Assembly: GCA_963575745.1 (NCBI GenBank)
Contig: CAUYUJ010000114.1
Span: 1,116,001 to 1,180,000 of the forward strand
DNA from: Prorocentrum cordatum
Lineage: Eukaryota
Length of the DNA: 64,000 nt
Direction of reading: 5' to 3'
This document shows, one piece after another, positions 12,253 through 25,520 of this stretch. The notes under the pieces were generated by a model. That model was not told the origin of the DNA. It did no database searches and saw only the letters and a program-made list of their open reading frames with translations. The translations under genes and the position numbers were made by a program. Within the stretch, counting starts at the first letter, position 1. Every line of letters starts with the position of its first letter.

Positions 12253-14728
12253 ATGACCGACAATGGCAAGGGCGAGTCGTTGCTCGTTCCTGTCAGTATG
12301 GTTTTCGGGGGATGTATGTGTGCGCTCGTCGCGATGGAGTACGTTCTGAAAGGGGACCCAAAGGCAGGAAATCTGCTGAGCCTGTGCGAGGTCGTGTTTG
12401 CGCTGCTCCCCGCCATCCCCGAGAGGTTTGCGGGCTTTCGGTATCAGCCTCTCGCGGCACCTCTGGCGAGCCACGTCCAGTTCGCGGTGCTGTGGGGCTC
12501 CATGGCGTTTCTTGCCAATTACGCGTTCGCGTATAAGATCAGCGTGACGATATTCACCATGGTCCGATCCTGCAACCTCATCTCGGGCCGGACGAAAGGG
12601 GGGGATTGGGAAAGGGGGGGTTACGAAATCTGCTGCATGCAGCTGGTTTCGGCCCCGCCGCCGGGTCCATTCCTCGATACATGGGCGCCTTCCGGCGCCG
12701 GGAGGCACCTGGAAAATCAGCTACGTGAGCTGATTCTCAAACCCTCCCTTTGCTATCCCCCCCTTTCGCCCGACCCGATCATCGGGAACGTCCTCCTGGG
12801 GAGGCTGCTCCTCGGCTGCCGCTACGGCCGGCTGCAGCTCCTCTGCGTGTGTTCCGTGTCCGTCGGCATCCCTGGGTTTCCGCCCTCTGCCGCCAGCGGC
12901 CTTCGCCACGCAGGCCGGCCCGGCGGCGAGCGAGGGGGGGAATTGAGAAGGAGAAGGCCTTCTCAGAAGGCGGCGGGACTTCTCAGAGGCCCTCGCGCCT
13001 TCTGAGAAGTGTTTTCTGTCTTTGGGGCAGGTTTGGGAAACTTCTCAGAAGGCTTGGAGACTTCCGAGCCTTCCGAGAAGGCCCGCCCCTTCTCATTTCC
13101 CCCCTCGCTCGCCGCCTACAATTACACGTAAGAGTAACCCTTCGCGGGAGTGGCCTCCGGTGCGGGCCCGTTGGGGTCCCCCGATCGCCGAACGCGGTGC
13201 GGCAGTAGCGTCTTGCGCGCTTGTGTTTGGTCCCCCCGCGGCCCCGCAGAAGCCCCGCAGCAAATGTCGCTCTTGCCCAGGGCCCAGGGTCACTCTTGCG
13301 TGTAGTCGATCCGCTCCCCAGAAGGAGGAGGAGGAGGAGGAGGAGGAGGAGGAGGAGGAGGAAGAGGAGGGGGAGGGGGAGGAGGAGGCGGGGAGGGGGA
13401 GGGCGAGGGGCAGGAGGAGGAGGAGGAGGAGGAGGAGGAGAAAAGGTACCCATACCGCTAGCCTTCGCCCGTTCTCTCCATTTCGGGCCTCCTCGGAGGG
13501 GTCTCTGGGTCTCCCCATCATACTGCCAGCCCTTGGCACGGGGAGACCGTGGCAGGCCGCCTCCCCCCCCCCCTCCTTACCCCCCCTCTACGGAGCCCGG
13601 GTCGGTTGCTCAGCCGGCCCGAGCCGATTCGATTCCGAGTTTCTGGAGGGGGGAGGGGTCCAGGGGGTGGGTCCGTTGCCTCGAGGAGTTGGCGCTCCCC
13701 CTCCTCCTCCTCCTCCTCTCCTCCTCCTCCTCCTCCTCCTCCTCCTCCTCCTCCTCCTCCTCCTCCTCCTCCCTCCCTCCTCCTCCTCCTCCTCCTCCTC
13801 CTCCTCCTCCTCCTCCTCCTCCTCCTCCTCCTCCTCCTCCTCTACCCTCGTGCTCATGCTTGTTCAGGCGTCGATCTGCACACGTCGCCCCAGGAAGTCA
13901 GCACTGCGAGCGCGGTGGTCACTGCCAGCGACCGTACAGTGACGTGCTTCGGCCTGCTGGGCACGCTGCACCCCACCCCCAGAGGGCACTGAGAGCTCTG
14001 GCTCCGCAGCTGGTTCACCCCAGAGGTTTGCGAGAATGTGCGTTTCCGAATTTGGGAGTTGGGGTGATGTGACGCGTTGGACCTCAATCGAAGCAGCACG
14101 AAACCTCCCGCTGGGCAGGGTTCTGCCATTGGAATGCGGCCTGGGCAAAACAGCTTCAGGTGACGAGCATCCCACACATTGAGTTGGCACGGTGCTCAAG
14201 TGCATTTCCTGGTATAGTTTTGAAGCCTCGTTTGGGTCATATTCTCCTGTCCCGTCTGGTCGTGCCTTTTCGATGCTTCTCGGCTCAGCCAGAGACGTTC
14301 GAGCGTCTGCCTGGCTAATTTAGGAGCCCTAGGACCATGTATGGCCTCAGGGTGGTTTGAGGATATGTTGGGGTCATGGTGGAGCTGCCGTGTGGTCACA
14401 TAAATTAGGCAGTTGTGCAGTGGTTCTCTTTTGCGTTCGTTTGAGTATGTTGAAGCTGTTCGGATTAATATTGAGGCCCTAGTAGGGGTTCCCAGGGCCC
14501 CCAAGGGTCAATTCGGGAACGTTTTGAAACATGACCGATACTGCGTGGATAAGAGTGGTCCGAAGGAATTGCAGAACACAGCTGGTCAAGACGAGTCAAT
14601 GAAAGCCAATGAATTTGGTGTCTTGTGCGCGCTTTGGGGAGCTCACCTCTATTGGAGCTTTGAGTGCACCTTAGTGGCCACGTGGACGTTCCTGCGTGAA
14701 CTTCGGAATATGTTTGGCACCTCTGCGG

Positions 14729-14769
<41 letters not shown>

Positions 14770-15776
14770 CATTCATGCAGTTTCGAGGCCATCTTGGAGC
14801 TTGCAAGCCCTGTTGCAGCTAGCTCCTTGGGACATGCGTGGACGCGCCTTAATCATTCGGGACATGTTTAGGCAACTTGTGCACAAGACTATCTTCGGGC
14901 CTCGTGGGCCTGATTATGCATCTTGAGGACAGTAGCTGGTTTCTTGGGGCTTGCAAGACTCCTGAGTAACAGCTCCTGCCAGTTTGGAACTGCATGAAGG
15001 CCCTCTGCTTTGGGGTCTGACCTTCTCGGGTAGCAACTCCACAGCCTGGCGGCCACTGTGAGGACGGCCAGCATATATTTTTGGCTTCGATGGGAGAAGC
15101 AAAGACTGTCAGCTCTCTTTCGGCCAGCTGCACAGATTGTTCAGACATTCCTCCGGCGCAGTCGAGGACGGATGCCGAGGATTCTGGAGATTCCCTCGGC
15201 ATTTGGATGATCGGAATCTCCATGCTCGCGGTTGTCCAGCTGCTGAACGCTCTCTTGGGCCACCTCCAGTCTCGGTTCTACAAGGATTACGCACACCTGG
15301 CATCCAAGAACCAGCTCTCCGATGAGTACATGTTCACATCCCAGGTTGTCGCCCTCGTCCCATTGATGTTCATCTGGGATGACCTTGGCGCAGCTATTTC
15401 AGCTGCTGTGCAGTCGCCGCCTATGCCTATAATTCCTATTCCATCCAGGATCATGTGGCTCATTCTGAATTGCATGGCGGACTACGTCTGCCTGACGGGC
15501 GTGTTCCGGACGAGCTCTATCGTGCCCCCCTTGACGTTGACAATGATATTGTCCGTGAGGAAGTTTCTTTCCACAGTTGTGTCTGTTTTGTGGTTCAAGA
15601 ACGCGTGGACAGGTTTGCACAGCTTGGCAGTTCCGCTTATATTTGGTGGTGCGCTGATTTATCCATGTGCGCTGCCGCGCGAATCCGCTATCGCGTTCTC
15701 TCTCTCTCTCTCTCTCTCTCATGGCCGGGTGCCTGGAGGAGGGGGGTGGGCGTCAGGGGAACAGAGAGCGCAATAA
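12253..15776 (+). CDS. Nucleotide-sugar transporter (UAA family, SLC35B4/YEA4-like), interrupted; possibly pseudogenised
   Basis: Segment 12253-~12870: MTDNGKG..VFGGCMC..GNLLSL..NYAFAYKISVTIFTMVRSCNLI/GNVLLGRLLLG..Y..QLLCV. Segment ~15075-15670: IGISMLAVVQLLNALLGHLQ..E YMF..LTLTMILSVRKFLS..SVLWFKN..FGGALIY. A 201-bp in-frame MITE insertion lies at 12583-12783. The join across 12870-15075 and the true 3' end could not be resolved. Confidence 0.8.
12583..12778. mobile_element. 196-bp MITE, 5-bp TSD TCATC
   Basis: TIR tcgggccggacgaaagggggggat / atccccccctttcgcccgacccga; TCATC at 12578-82 and 12779-83; near-identical copy at 63325-63520. Confidence 0.92.
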
Positions 15777-16208
15777 TGGCGGTCTCCTTCTTTAAATTTT
15801 GAGTCCGAAAAAACATAAGTATATGATGAACAGGTGCTCCCATGATGGCTTCCACTGATCGGGCGGCCTGCCCCACTGTTTCGCACGAAGCCAAAGCAGC
15901 CAACAAATGCTCGCCGTGCCAGCAGAAGACATAGAGAACAAAGAGAGCACTACGTACACATACATGTACACATATATGTACATAGATATATATATATATA
16001 GAGAGAGAACAAAAAAGATATCAAAGAGAGCATTATATTGTATTGTGCGTACGGGGCGCCGTACGGGAGCCCGTACGGGAGACCGTACGGGATATTCGAC
16101 GGGAGACCATACGGGGCTGCACAGGCGATCGGACGGAAGGCTGCCACGAGAGATCAGACGGGAGACCGCGCGGGAGACCGCGCGGGAGACTGTACAGGAG
16201 ACTAAACC

Positions 16209-16337
16209 TGGCATCGCTCGGACGTGTGCAGTTTTCCTTCGGCGAGGACCATCGAGGAGCATCCTTGATCATTTGGCGAAAAAACCACGCACGAAACCAA
16301 AAAAAACACAGGGAATGGACGTCCGAGCGATGGCCAG
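16209..16337. mobile_element. ~128-bp MITE family (TIR ..CATCGCTCGGACGT); copies at 26484-26610, 43445-43568, 43712-43999, 52926-53056
   Basis: tggcatcgctcggacgt..ggcgaggaccatcgaggagc..acgtccgagcgatggcca recurs at least five times; no TSD could be resolved. Confidence 0.8.
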
Positions 16338-18052
16338 CTATATGGGATGTTCATGCCAGCGATGCGGGAGACCGCGCGGGACTTCACACAGGAGGCCCTA
16401 CGGCAGACCACACGGGCCACCAGCCACAGGTTCTCCGTCCGCAGGAGTTCGCACACACGCTGTCGAAACCACGCGCAGATCCTGTATATACCGGCGAGTT
16501 GTTCAGGGAGCGGAGCCCCACCCCCATCCAGACACAGGCACCCACACGCACGCACACACACACACACAAAGATCTACTGTACCGATGGAGAGCGCACGAA
16601 TCGAGCACGCACGTTGCGAGCAGAATCCCGCGAAGACAGACTCAGTAAGATGGGACGAGCAGTGAGATGGGGCAAAAACGAGCACACATGCACACGCACA
16701 CGCACACACACACACACACCTTCACAAGAGTCGTTGCAGGCGCGGCGGCGGACTCTCAGGCTCCACAGGTCGCGCAGGTGCAGGGCGAGGAGGAGGAATC
16801 CAAAAAGTCGGACTGATCTCGAGCTGCAGCGCGGGCGCCGGGCAGCAGACGCTGCCTGGCCGCCGGTGTCGCTAGCGTTGCTCTCATGACGACAACGTGC
16901 ACGGGTCCTCTGTTGCTGTGAGGACGCTCGACTGCAAGCTGTCGGTCGAAGAGCCAAGGAGGCACAGGCATAAGTTGTCCGAGGTCCGCGCGGTTGTTTT
17001 GGGGTCGGCGTTGGACCCGCCGCCCTTGGCGCGCTTCTCGCGCCGGGAGAGGGGCGTACAGCGCCGACCCAGAACACCCTCGCGGACCTCCGAAGTTTTA
17101 TGTTCGTGCCTTTTTGCTGCTCCTCCACGAAGTCAAGCTGTCAACGAAGAGCGGCCTTGGTTAGAAGATGGAAGGTATGAACCGAAGCGCTTGTTGATCG
17201 GGTGGGCTGCCAGGATCGTCGAACAAAAACCGAGGGGGTCAGGTCAGGACGAGGGGCGTCTCCTTGGTGTCTCTTGGGGGCCTCTCGGGGCTTCAGGGCT
17301 GATCTGTTAAGGATACCTCGAGGGAGCGGCTATTCCGACTGCCACCAGGGGAATTTACACCGGCAATTCCTGCAAATGTGGGGCCAGGGCCCTAAACGAT
17401 TCTCGAAGCCATGAATATCCTACAGTTGCATGGGCCTTGGGACACTCCACTTCGTGTTGAAGGCACGATGACGGATTGGGAGGAGGAGGAGGAGGAGGAG
17501 GAGGAGGAGGAGGAGGAGGAGGAGGAGATGGAGGAGGAGAGGAGGAGGAGGAGGAGGAGGAGGAGGAGGAGGAGGAGGAGGAGGAGGAGGAGGAGGAGGA
17601 GGAGGGGAGGGGAAGTGAGGCGACGGGAAAAGGGCGGTGGAAGAGGAGCAGCAGCAGGTGAAGAGGGGAGGTGGGCCCCCCTCCTCCTGATTCCTCCTCG
17701 TCCTCGTCCTCCCCGGTTTTTTCCTCCTCGTCCGTGTGTTTGTCTTCATCCTCGTTTCCTCGTGCCTCCCCTCGCTGCCCTTCCTTTCCTCCACGCTGTC
17801 ACATCCGCCTCCTTGGGTCACTCTCTGCACTCCTCGCGCTCGTCCTCCGCTGTTTCTCTGTCCTCGCTGTCCTTTTTTCTCCCCTGGCCGTTTCGCTCGA
17901 GACGTCCTCCGAGCATCGACTTCCACGGGGGCTCTGAGCGAACGTCGCCCTGGGCTCGCCCCTTGCGAGCAGGCGGGCGTCGAAAAAGGTGATGACGGAA
18001 CGGGGGGGTGCCGCCCGCCGCCGCCGCCCGAGGAGGAGGACCAGTGCATACA

Positions 18053-18215
18053 TCAAGAGGGAAAAAACACACAGACACAATGAATCGTCGATTCCCAGGA
18101 AAATATGGGAAAATATGGGAAGTGGGGGGAAGACGAAAACCCAGAACATATGGGAAAATATGGGGATCATTCTTATTTCTGTGTATGTCTTTGTGTGTGT
18201 CCTGGGGCCCCTCTA
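18053..18215. mobile_element. MITE homologous to kinase intron 46966-47133, 5-bp TSD ATACA
   Basis: Shares cacagacacaat..cgattcccag.aaaatat.ggaaaatatgggaagtggggggaagac with the intron; ATACA at 18048-52 and 18216-20. Confidence 0.85.
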
Positions 18216-18399
18216 ATACACTTCCCTTCCAAGATCCCTCTTCATAGGCCCTGGGTCATTTCCCCTGCGGGGAGTGCTCGGTTGGGGGACAACCGCATGA
18301 ACATCTTGCAGCGCCCTGACAATCCTGAATCGACCCAACACACCATCTCTTGGTAATTACGTTATCCATGCGAATCCGTGAAATTCGTGCAACTATTTA

Positions 18400-18870
18400 A
18401 AGCGAATGTGCGCGGCGCCAGCGCTAGAGCCACATTTTGAAAACGGCCCGCCGCCAACCCGTGAAGCTATTGCAAATGCGTAAAGCAAGCTTACGCGGCG
18501 CCAAGGCGAGAGCCACATAAAAAAACGAGCCGCCCTCAATCCTTGAAACGCTTGCCGTTTTTGAAAAAAAAACGAATGCGCGCGGCGCTGAGGCGAGAGC
18601 CACATTTCGAAAACCACCCGCCCTCAATCCGCGAAGCTCTTGCAAATTGTCAAAACGAATGTGCGCGGCGCTATGGCCAGCGCCACATTCAAAAAACGAA
18701 TCGCCCTCAATCCGCGAAGCGCTTGCCATTTTTTGGAACGAAGGCGCGCGGCGCTGAAGCAAGAGCCTCAGTTTGAAAACCACCCGCCCTCAATCTGTGA
18801 AGATCATGCTAATGTGTAATACGAATGTGCGCGGCGCTACAGCGAGAGCCACATGTTTAAAACGAATTGG
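18400..18870. repeat. ~83-bp minisatellite; related arrays at 19450-19590 and 51215-51545
   Basis: gaatgtgcgcggcgct..ggcgagagccacatt..aaaa..cgccctcaatcc repeated. Confidence 0.8.
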
Positions 18871-19973
18871 TACAGCGCGGCTTCGGCCCGGTCCTGAGCG
18901 CTCGCCCCTGCAGGACCGGATCCGCTCCATCTCCTGCTCCAGTGCACCAGCACCCCGTCGGTCGTCACAGGCGGCATGTTCTCGGCGTGTCCTGATTGCC
19001 GCGCCTCAAGTCTCTGCGGCTCCTGTACCTTGGACCTGTGGCACCATGGATTACCACGGCCCTGAGGCACTCGCTCCTGCTACCTGTACGATGGCACAAC
19101 GTTGCACTTCGTCTCAGCGTCGCTCTCCTCGCTCTCACTGATCCCTGACGCAGCTTGGTTGCAAGGCGCGTCACCTCTCGCCGCCAACTCGAGGCTGGTG
19201 TAAATGATGACCCGTTGACAGCAGCACCAACCACAGCATTTTGCTTCAACCGGTACTCCGCCACCGGGTTCATGGAAAAGGCGCTCCTTTGCAAGTACGT
19301 CGGCTACGGCACCGCCTGATTCCGAGGCTTTGCCTCCTCCCGGCCTCGTTCTGAGGCTGCGCCCCCTCTTTTCTTCCCCCATCTCTGGTTCATTCAAGCT
19401 TCGCGCGGCCCGCTTAGCTTCGACGGAAGAGGCGCGCTCTCGACCCGCGAATCAAAACAACATGTTTTAAACGCATCACCTTCAATCAGTGAAACTCGTG
19501 CGAATTTTGTAACGACTGTGCGCGGCGTTAAGGCGAGAGCCACTTTTTGAAAACCACCCGCTGTCCGTTTGTGAATCGGATGCCAAGTTTTCAGCATCAC
19601 AGTCATAAGATGTGAGGATGTCTCAGGCGAAACGCCCGGGCCCGCCCCTTCGACCTGCCTCGGGGCGCGACAGGGAGGAGTTATCTAGAAGGAAAACAAA
19701 GGAGGGGAGGACAAGTAGGAGGGCGAGGGCCGCGGAGAAGTTTGGGCAGGGGAAGGGGCGGTCATGATGCGGGGGCAAAGGGGGAGAGGCTGTTGGGGAC
19801 AGAGGGCGGAGTGGCGAGCGCGGGCTCGGGAGAGAGGGTCGCGTTGCAGGGGGTCCTGGTGGGTCGGCGCGCAGAGGGAAAAGGGCAGGGACGAGGCGGT
19901 TCTGGATTGCGACTCTGACGAGGCTCGCGGTTTGTCCGAGGAGGGCGGCGCGCGGCCACCTGGCAGCAGCACG

Positions 19974-20008
<35 letters not shown>

Positions 20009-20012
20009 ACGC

Positions 20013-20050
<38 letters not shown>

Positions 20051-20868
20051 TCAGCCATCGGTCAGGCCGGGCGCCGAGGTCTTGTGAGAAACCGAGCCCC
20101 CCCCCCGCCACAATCCCCAAGCTCCACCCCCTCCCCCTCGTCCTGTGGCGCGCGTGGCCGCACACGGCGCCTCCAGCAGCGTACTTGCCGGGCAGGGTGG
20201 GAGAAGGGGAGGGAGGGAGGAGGAGGTGGCCAGCACGGGCACGAAAAATGGACCCAGCGGGCTGAATTCTGAGCTGCAGCAGCAGCATGGCAGCAGCAAG
20301 CATAGCAGCATCGATGCGCAAGGACGGTGCGTACAGTGCAAGCGAGGCGGGGAGATCCTTGAAAGGTGAACGGTCTCTCCCTGGCGGCGCGATCGGCTGT
20401 GCAAACAGAAACGACAATCGCTGAGCCCAGCATGGCTGGTCCAGCCTTCGTTACTGAAAGGGAGCTGAATATCTTCGCGCCCTGCACGCGGAACGAGAGG
20501 CGGGACGGCGAAGGACCACCGCGCACGATTATCTCTCAGCCTTGCCAGAAGGGCTGGCCCATCTCGCCGAGCGCGTTCCACGGCTCGCGAAGTGCCTACT
20601 CGCAAGCGTCCGAAAAGCACCTGTCTGCTTTGACGTAATTTATCGTAGATCCCTGGGGGGGGATCCAGGCCATTTGCGAGCACTGTGGGGGCGCGTGCCA
20701 AGAAACCAGTTGGATTTTGCCAGGGTGCCCTGGGTTTCTTGTATTCTGATGGTCTCCCAATCAGATCCTGACGATTTTCGATCGGCACATGTGGATTTTC
20801 ACTGAACCAATCGCGTATTTCAGGGTTGGGTTTCTTGCGGAGGTCTCTTGTGGCCGAGCCCCCACTGT

Positions 20869-21580
20869 ACAGTCGGGGCCCTGAAGAAGGAACCCCTTTG
20901 GTTGGGGAGGGGCTCCGCGTTCCTTAAGTGTTTCACAGCTTGCCTCAGGTGTTCCTTATGTTTTCGATCGGAAATCGAAGTTTCACTTATGGAAAAAGGG
21001 GCCTCGTTCCTTATTTGGGTTCCTTAGGTCAACGCCCCGACTGTTATTCTGCGAGTGGTGGAACGCGCTCGTCGACCATCGCTTCCCTACCCCGGAGCGC
21101 ACGGCCCCCTGGAGCGCGCGGCCCTCGTGGGCGCAGGCTCCCGCAGGGCTCCCTGGAGCGACCTCCCCTCGGGAGCGGCGGGCGGCTCGCCGCGCAGGGG
21201 ACTCGAGCGCCTCCTCCTCACCTCCTCCTCCTCCACCTCCTCCTCCGCCTCCTCCTCCTCCTCCTCCTCCTCCTCCGCCCCCGCCTCCTCCTCCTCCTCC
21301 CCTTACACCTACTTGATGAGCGACCACACCTTGGAAGGACTGGTTCGGATCTTTGCCCTCCTGGAGCTGGGGTCTGGGGCTCGCTGGCTCTGCTCGCGGC
21401 GGGGGCCGGGCTCTGCCCCGCCAGCGGCCCCGCAGGCGGCAGCGGGCAGCACGCGTGGCACCGGCGGTGCTGCACGCTGTTGTACCCCTCTCCCCATCCC
21501 CTTTATAGCCAGGACCCCAGGTAAGGAGACCCGGTTAGTAGTAGGGCCATGGAGCCCCTGAAATGACCAGAGTCACTAAA
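20869..21580. repeat. Interspersed composite repeat; paralogue at 22966-23625
   Basis: acagtcggggccctgaagaaggaaccc..cttaggtcaacgcccc and atagccaggacc..gacccggttagt occur in the same order at both loci with different fillers. Confidence 0.7.
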
Positions 21581-22036
21581 CCAGGACGCTCAATGGAGAG
21601 GAAGCATGTCGCCAAATAATTCCCAGATGTCTAAAACATGTGCTGTACATGTCTTAAACGTGTACAAACATGTTCAAAGCATGTTTCCGACATGTTAAAC
21701 ACATCTTGAGTTCAATGATAGGACTGTTAGGGTGTCCATTGTCGTGGCATCCACAACCCTACCCGGCACACGATCCGCGGGCGGAGGGACGTGGTGTGTG
21801 CATGTCTCCCTCGGCGAGGACCATGGAGGAGCCCCCTGGAGGACTCAGCGACAGGAGCACGCGCGAACTCGAAGAGTACACGAGGCATGGGCGTCCGAGC
21901 GGTGGCAAAAGGGTGCCTTGGCTGCCGGGGGGGGCGGCGGCGGTGGGCGCGCGGGGCCCCGCGCGTGCCCCCGGCGCAGCGGGTGCCGAGCTGCCCCCCC
22001 GGGGCTGGGGGCCACGTGGGGCCCGGACGCCGCCAC

Positions 22037-22192
22037 TAGGGGGCCACATGCGAACCCGACCCCTGCCCCCCACGATTTCGGAGGGGGAGGGTGGGGTTCC
22101 TTTTCGCTCGGGAGCTCCCGAACGAAGTGAACCCCACCCTCCACCTCAGAAGTCGTGGGGGGGCAGGGGTAGGGTTCGCATGTGGCCCCCTA
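22037..22192. mobile_element. Fold-back palindromic MITE, 5-bp TSD GCCAC; second copy 43739-43891 nested in another MITE
   Basis: tagggggccacatgcgaaccc..gggagctccc..gggttcgcatgtggcccccta; GCCAC on both sides. The copy at 43739 has TTTGT/TTTTT flanks. Confidence 0.88.
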
Positions 22193-22639
22193 GCCACGGC
22201 TGGGCGCGCCCTGGCCGAAGCTGGCCAAGGAAGACTCAAAAATAGCCCCAAAAAATCGCATGGGGGCGATGTTTTGAACATTCTTGGCCATGTTTGATGA
22301 TTTGTTTGAGTATTTTTTCATTTTTCGTGCAAGATCCCCCTGTAGGGGGACAGGGCCTACTTCAAACTGGTCACGGTGGCATGCTCGGCGCCCGTCCAAG
22401 CCGTGCGTGCAAGGGACGAGGGGGGAGGGAGCGGGGTCAGGCGCAGACGGGGCCGCTGACCGTGGTGCTCCCTGCGCACGCGCCGGCGATGGCGCCCGCG
22501 CGCCCGGCGTACGCTGCTCCGCCCCAGGCGCAGGACGGGCCGACCTGGAGGTAGCCGAAGAGGAACAAACGGCATGAGCACAAATTGTCGGAAGTCCGCG
22601 CGGATCTCCTGCATCGGCCATGGACCCCTCTCTCTGGCG

Positions 22640-22830
22640 TTAAGTCGGGCGTGTCCCCCTACAGGGGGATCTTCGACGAAAAACAAAAAATACACCAAGC
22701 ATAGTCCAAAAAGGTCAAAAATGCTCAAAAAATAATCCCCAAGCTATTTTTGCATTATTGTTTGATTATGTTTGGGGTATTTTTTATTTTTCGTCGAATA
22801 TCCCCCTGTAGGGGGACATGCCCGACTTAA
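22640..22830. mobile_element. MITE family with TIR TTAAGTCGGGC(C/G)TGTCCCCCTACAGGGGGA and 8-bp TSD; other short copies at 27205-27440, 42785-42971, 45641-45801
   Basis: TSDs: CTCTGGCG (22632/22831), GAGTAACG/GAGTAGCG (27197/27441), CGCGAGCC (42777/42972), CCATATCG/GCCTATCG (45633/45802). An orphan right end lies near 22335-22363. Confidence 0.92.
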
Positions 22831-24697
22831 CTCTGGCGCGCGGAGCGCACCGAGAGCGGCGCCAGAGGCGCCGCCAGGGGGGGTCCAGCGCCGAGGCCCC
22901 GAAGGCCAGGCGGACCGCCGAGAGCTCCTGGTTGTGCAGTTTGTTTCGGGTGTGGACAGACCTCCTACAGTCGGGGCCCTGAAGAAGGAACCCTTTTCGT
23001 TGGAGAGGGGCTCGGCGTTCCTTGATTGTATTGCAGTTTGCTTTCAGTTTTCCTGAGGTTTGGGAAATCGAAGTTTAACCTATGGAAAATAGGGGCCCCG
23101 TTCCTTATTTAGGGTTTCTTAGGTCAACGCCCCTTCTGCACCCCGACACGTCGATCAAGGAATTGGCCGTTTTCGGTTCGCGAGAGGGCGCCGCGGCCGT
23201 CATTTTTGTTGCGGGTCCAGGTCCGTCGCTTTCGGTCCCGGGCCGTTTTCGCTGAAGGGGAGGACGAAAGGGAGGTGTGTCCGCCGCCGAGAAGGGGCTC
23301 TTTGAGCAGAAGCCGCCAGGTCCTTCCGAGAGAGCCCTCCGCCTTCTCAGCAGGCCGACCCCTTCGCCCCACTTTGGGGGGAGGGCGCGAGCGGAGCGAT
23401 CTTTCTGGCGAGTTCGTTGGCCGTTGTCGTGTTGACTTCCTTCTGCAGCAAAGGCGGGGCGAAAGCCGAACGTGAAAAAAACAAGAAACAAAAAAAAACT
23501 GCACGAACACGGAAAACGTGGTTTAGCTAGGGCCTTGCTCCGGGTATAGCCAGGACCTTGGGTAAGGGGACCCGGTTAGTGGTAGGGCCCTGGGGCCCCT
23601 CAATTGGCCAGATTCACTCAACCAGGTTTCCCGTAGCTGGTGTTTTTCGGGTGACGGCAGTTCCGGTTAGTGGAAATGGGACGGGGGGGCGCCCCCGGTA
23701 CAAATCACTAAACAAGGTTCCAGTAAACCCCGTTCTGCCAACGCCCGATTGCTGCGCGGCGCAGCACCGCCGTCCAGCGCGGCCGCGTCGCCTGCGTGGC
23801 CGTCGCGGTGCCTCTTGGAGGGGGGGGTTCTCGGGGTTCCTCAGGCCAGTCTTGGGGGTCCCAGGCGCAGTCCTGGGGGGGTTCTCATCCTCGTCCTTCT
23901 CCTTCTCCTTGTCTTCGTCCTCCTCCTTCTCCTCGCCCTCGTCCGCCTCGTCCTCCTCATCTTCGGCCTCCTCCTTCTCCTCGCCCTCGTCCTCCGCGTC
24001 CTCGTCCTCCTCCTCCTCGTCCTCGTCGTCGTCCTTCTCCTCCTCAAGAACGCTGAGTCTTGGGCCAGCCTTTCGGCTGCTCGTGAGAGCGACCCTTCGA
24101 CGGAGTGACCCTCGGTGCGCGCCCACGGTAGCCCCCCGAGCACGGGCCTGCGCGCTTGGAACCGGGCCCCCCGCGGCCTCCTGCAGCTGCGCACCAACGG
24201 TCACTCTTTCCTGCCGGGGGCCACTCCTGCGTGGAGCCGAGTCCTCGGCTTTCTCAGGGGCCCATGGCCTGGATGTGAGGAGGAGGAGGAGGAGGAGGAG
24301 GAGGAGGAGGAGGAGGAGGAGGAGGAGGAGGAGGAGGGAGGAGGAGGAGGAGGAGGAGGAGGAGGAGGAGGAGAGTAGGAGGAGGAGGAGGGGGAGGATG
24401 AGGAGGAGGAGGGGAGGAGGAGGAGGAGGAGGAGGAGGAGGAGGAGGAGGAGGAGGAGGGGAGCTCTGTGCGTCTTGGAGGCCTTCTTGCTGGAGGGTCG
24501 CCTGCGTGGCCGGCGGGGGCTCTCGGGGCCGTCTTGGGGGTCCCAGGGGCCGTTTTTGGGAGGTGTCTCGAGCCAGTTTTCGGCCTTCTCGGAGAAAGAG
24601 GAAGAGGAGGAGGAGGAGGAGGAGGAGGAGGAGGAGGAGGAGGAGGAGGAGGAGGGGCAGGAGGACGAGGAGGAGCGAACTTGCGGAGGTCCGCTCG

Positions 24698-25520
24698 GAT
24701 GACGGGAAGCGCGCTTAGACTCAGAGTGTCGCGCGATAAACGTCGATTACCCAAAGGGATCTGTTATCAACTGGGGACGTCCAGGAGGGGGAACACGCGG
24801 GGTGAGCGCGCGAGGTGCACTGGAGGTTCGTTGCGATCGGATTCCTAGAAAGGGCGTTTCGAATGAGACATCCTCGCCAAATCGCGATCTGGGGGTCGTA
24901 TCTTAAGACGCTGTATGCTAAACATGAGCGTTTCGCCCGAGACATTCTCGGACAATGGGGATGCTGAAATGGCTGTCCTCCCTGGACATCAATTTCAGCA
25001 TCCGCTGAAACAGCCTCGGAAACATGGGATGCGCCAAGAGCTGGTTTAAGGCATCTTTTTAGAGCGATCTCGGATGACCTCCAAGGTGACCAAGAAGCAG
25101 AATACGTTGGTATCGACCCGGGAGGGTCAAGTAAGGGAATCATATTTTCGATTGAGGGGTGCAGGGAGGGGAAGGGCTCGGGATAACGGGAAGCGCGCTC
25201 AGACTCGAAGTGACGCGCGATGGACGTTGCTATCGACCCGGAGGGTATAGTAAAATAATCATATTTTCAATTGGGGAGGGTGCAAGGGGGGAAGGGCTCG
25301 GGATACACTCGTCATCAAGGCCCAGCGGATGACGGGAAGCGCGCTCAGACTCGAAGAGTCGCGCGATGGACGTTGTTTACCCCGGCCCGGAGGGAAAATA
25401 CTTATCAAATGGAGGGGTTCAGGGGAGGAGTGATGGCGGGGTCGGGCTTGGGCCCTGAGGTAGCGGATGACGGGAAGCGCGCTTAGGCTCGAAGAGTCGC
25501 GCGATGGACGTTGTTTACTT
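24698..25520. repeat. Four spaced copies of gatgacgggaagcgcgct.agactcgaagagtcgcgcgatggacgttg
   Basis: Copies near 24698, 25183, 25328 and 25466. Confidence 0.75.

Noticed and set aside
22640..22830. piggyBac-type TTAA target duplication
   Set aside because: Separate 8-bp direct repeats lie outside the TTAA in several copies, and the TTAA itself varies (TGAA, TTAT).
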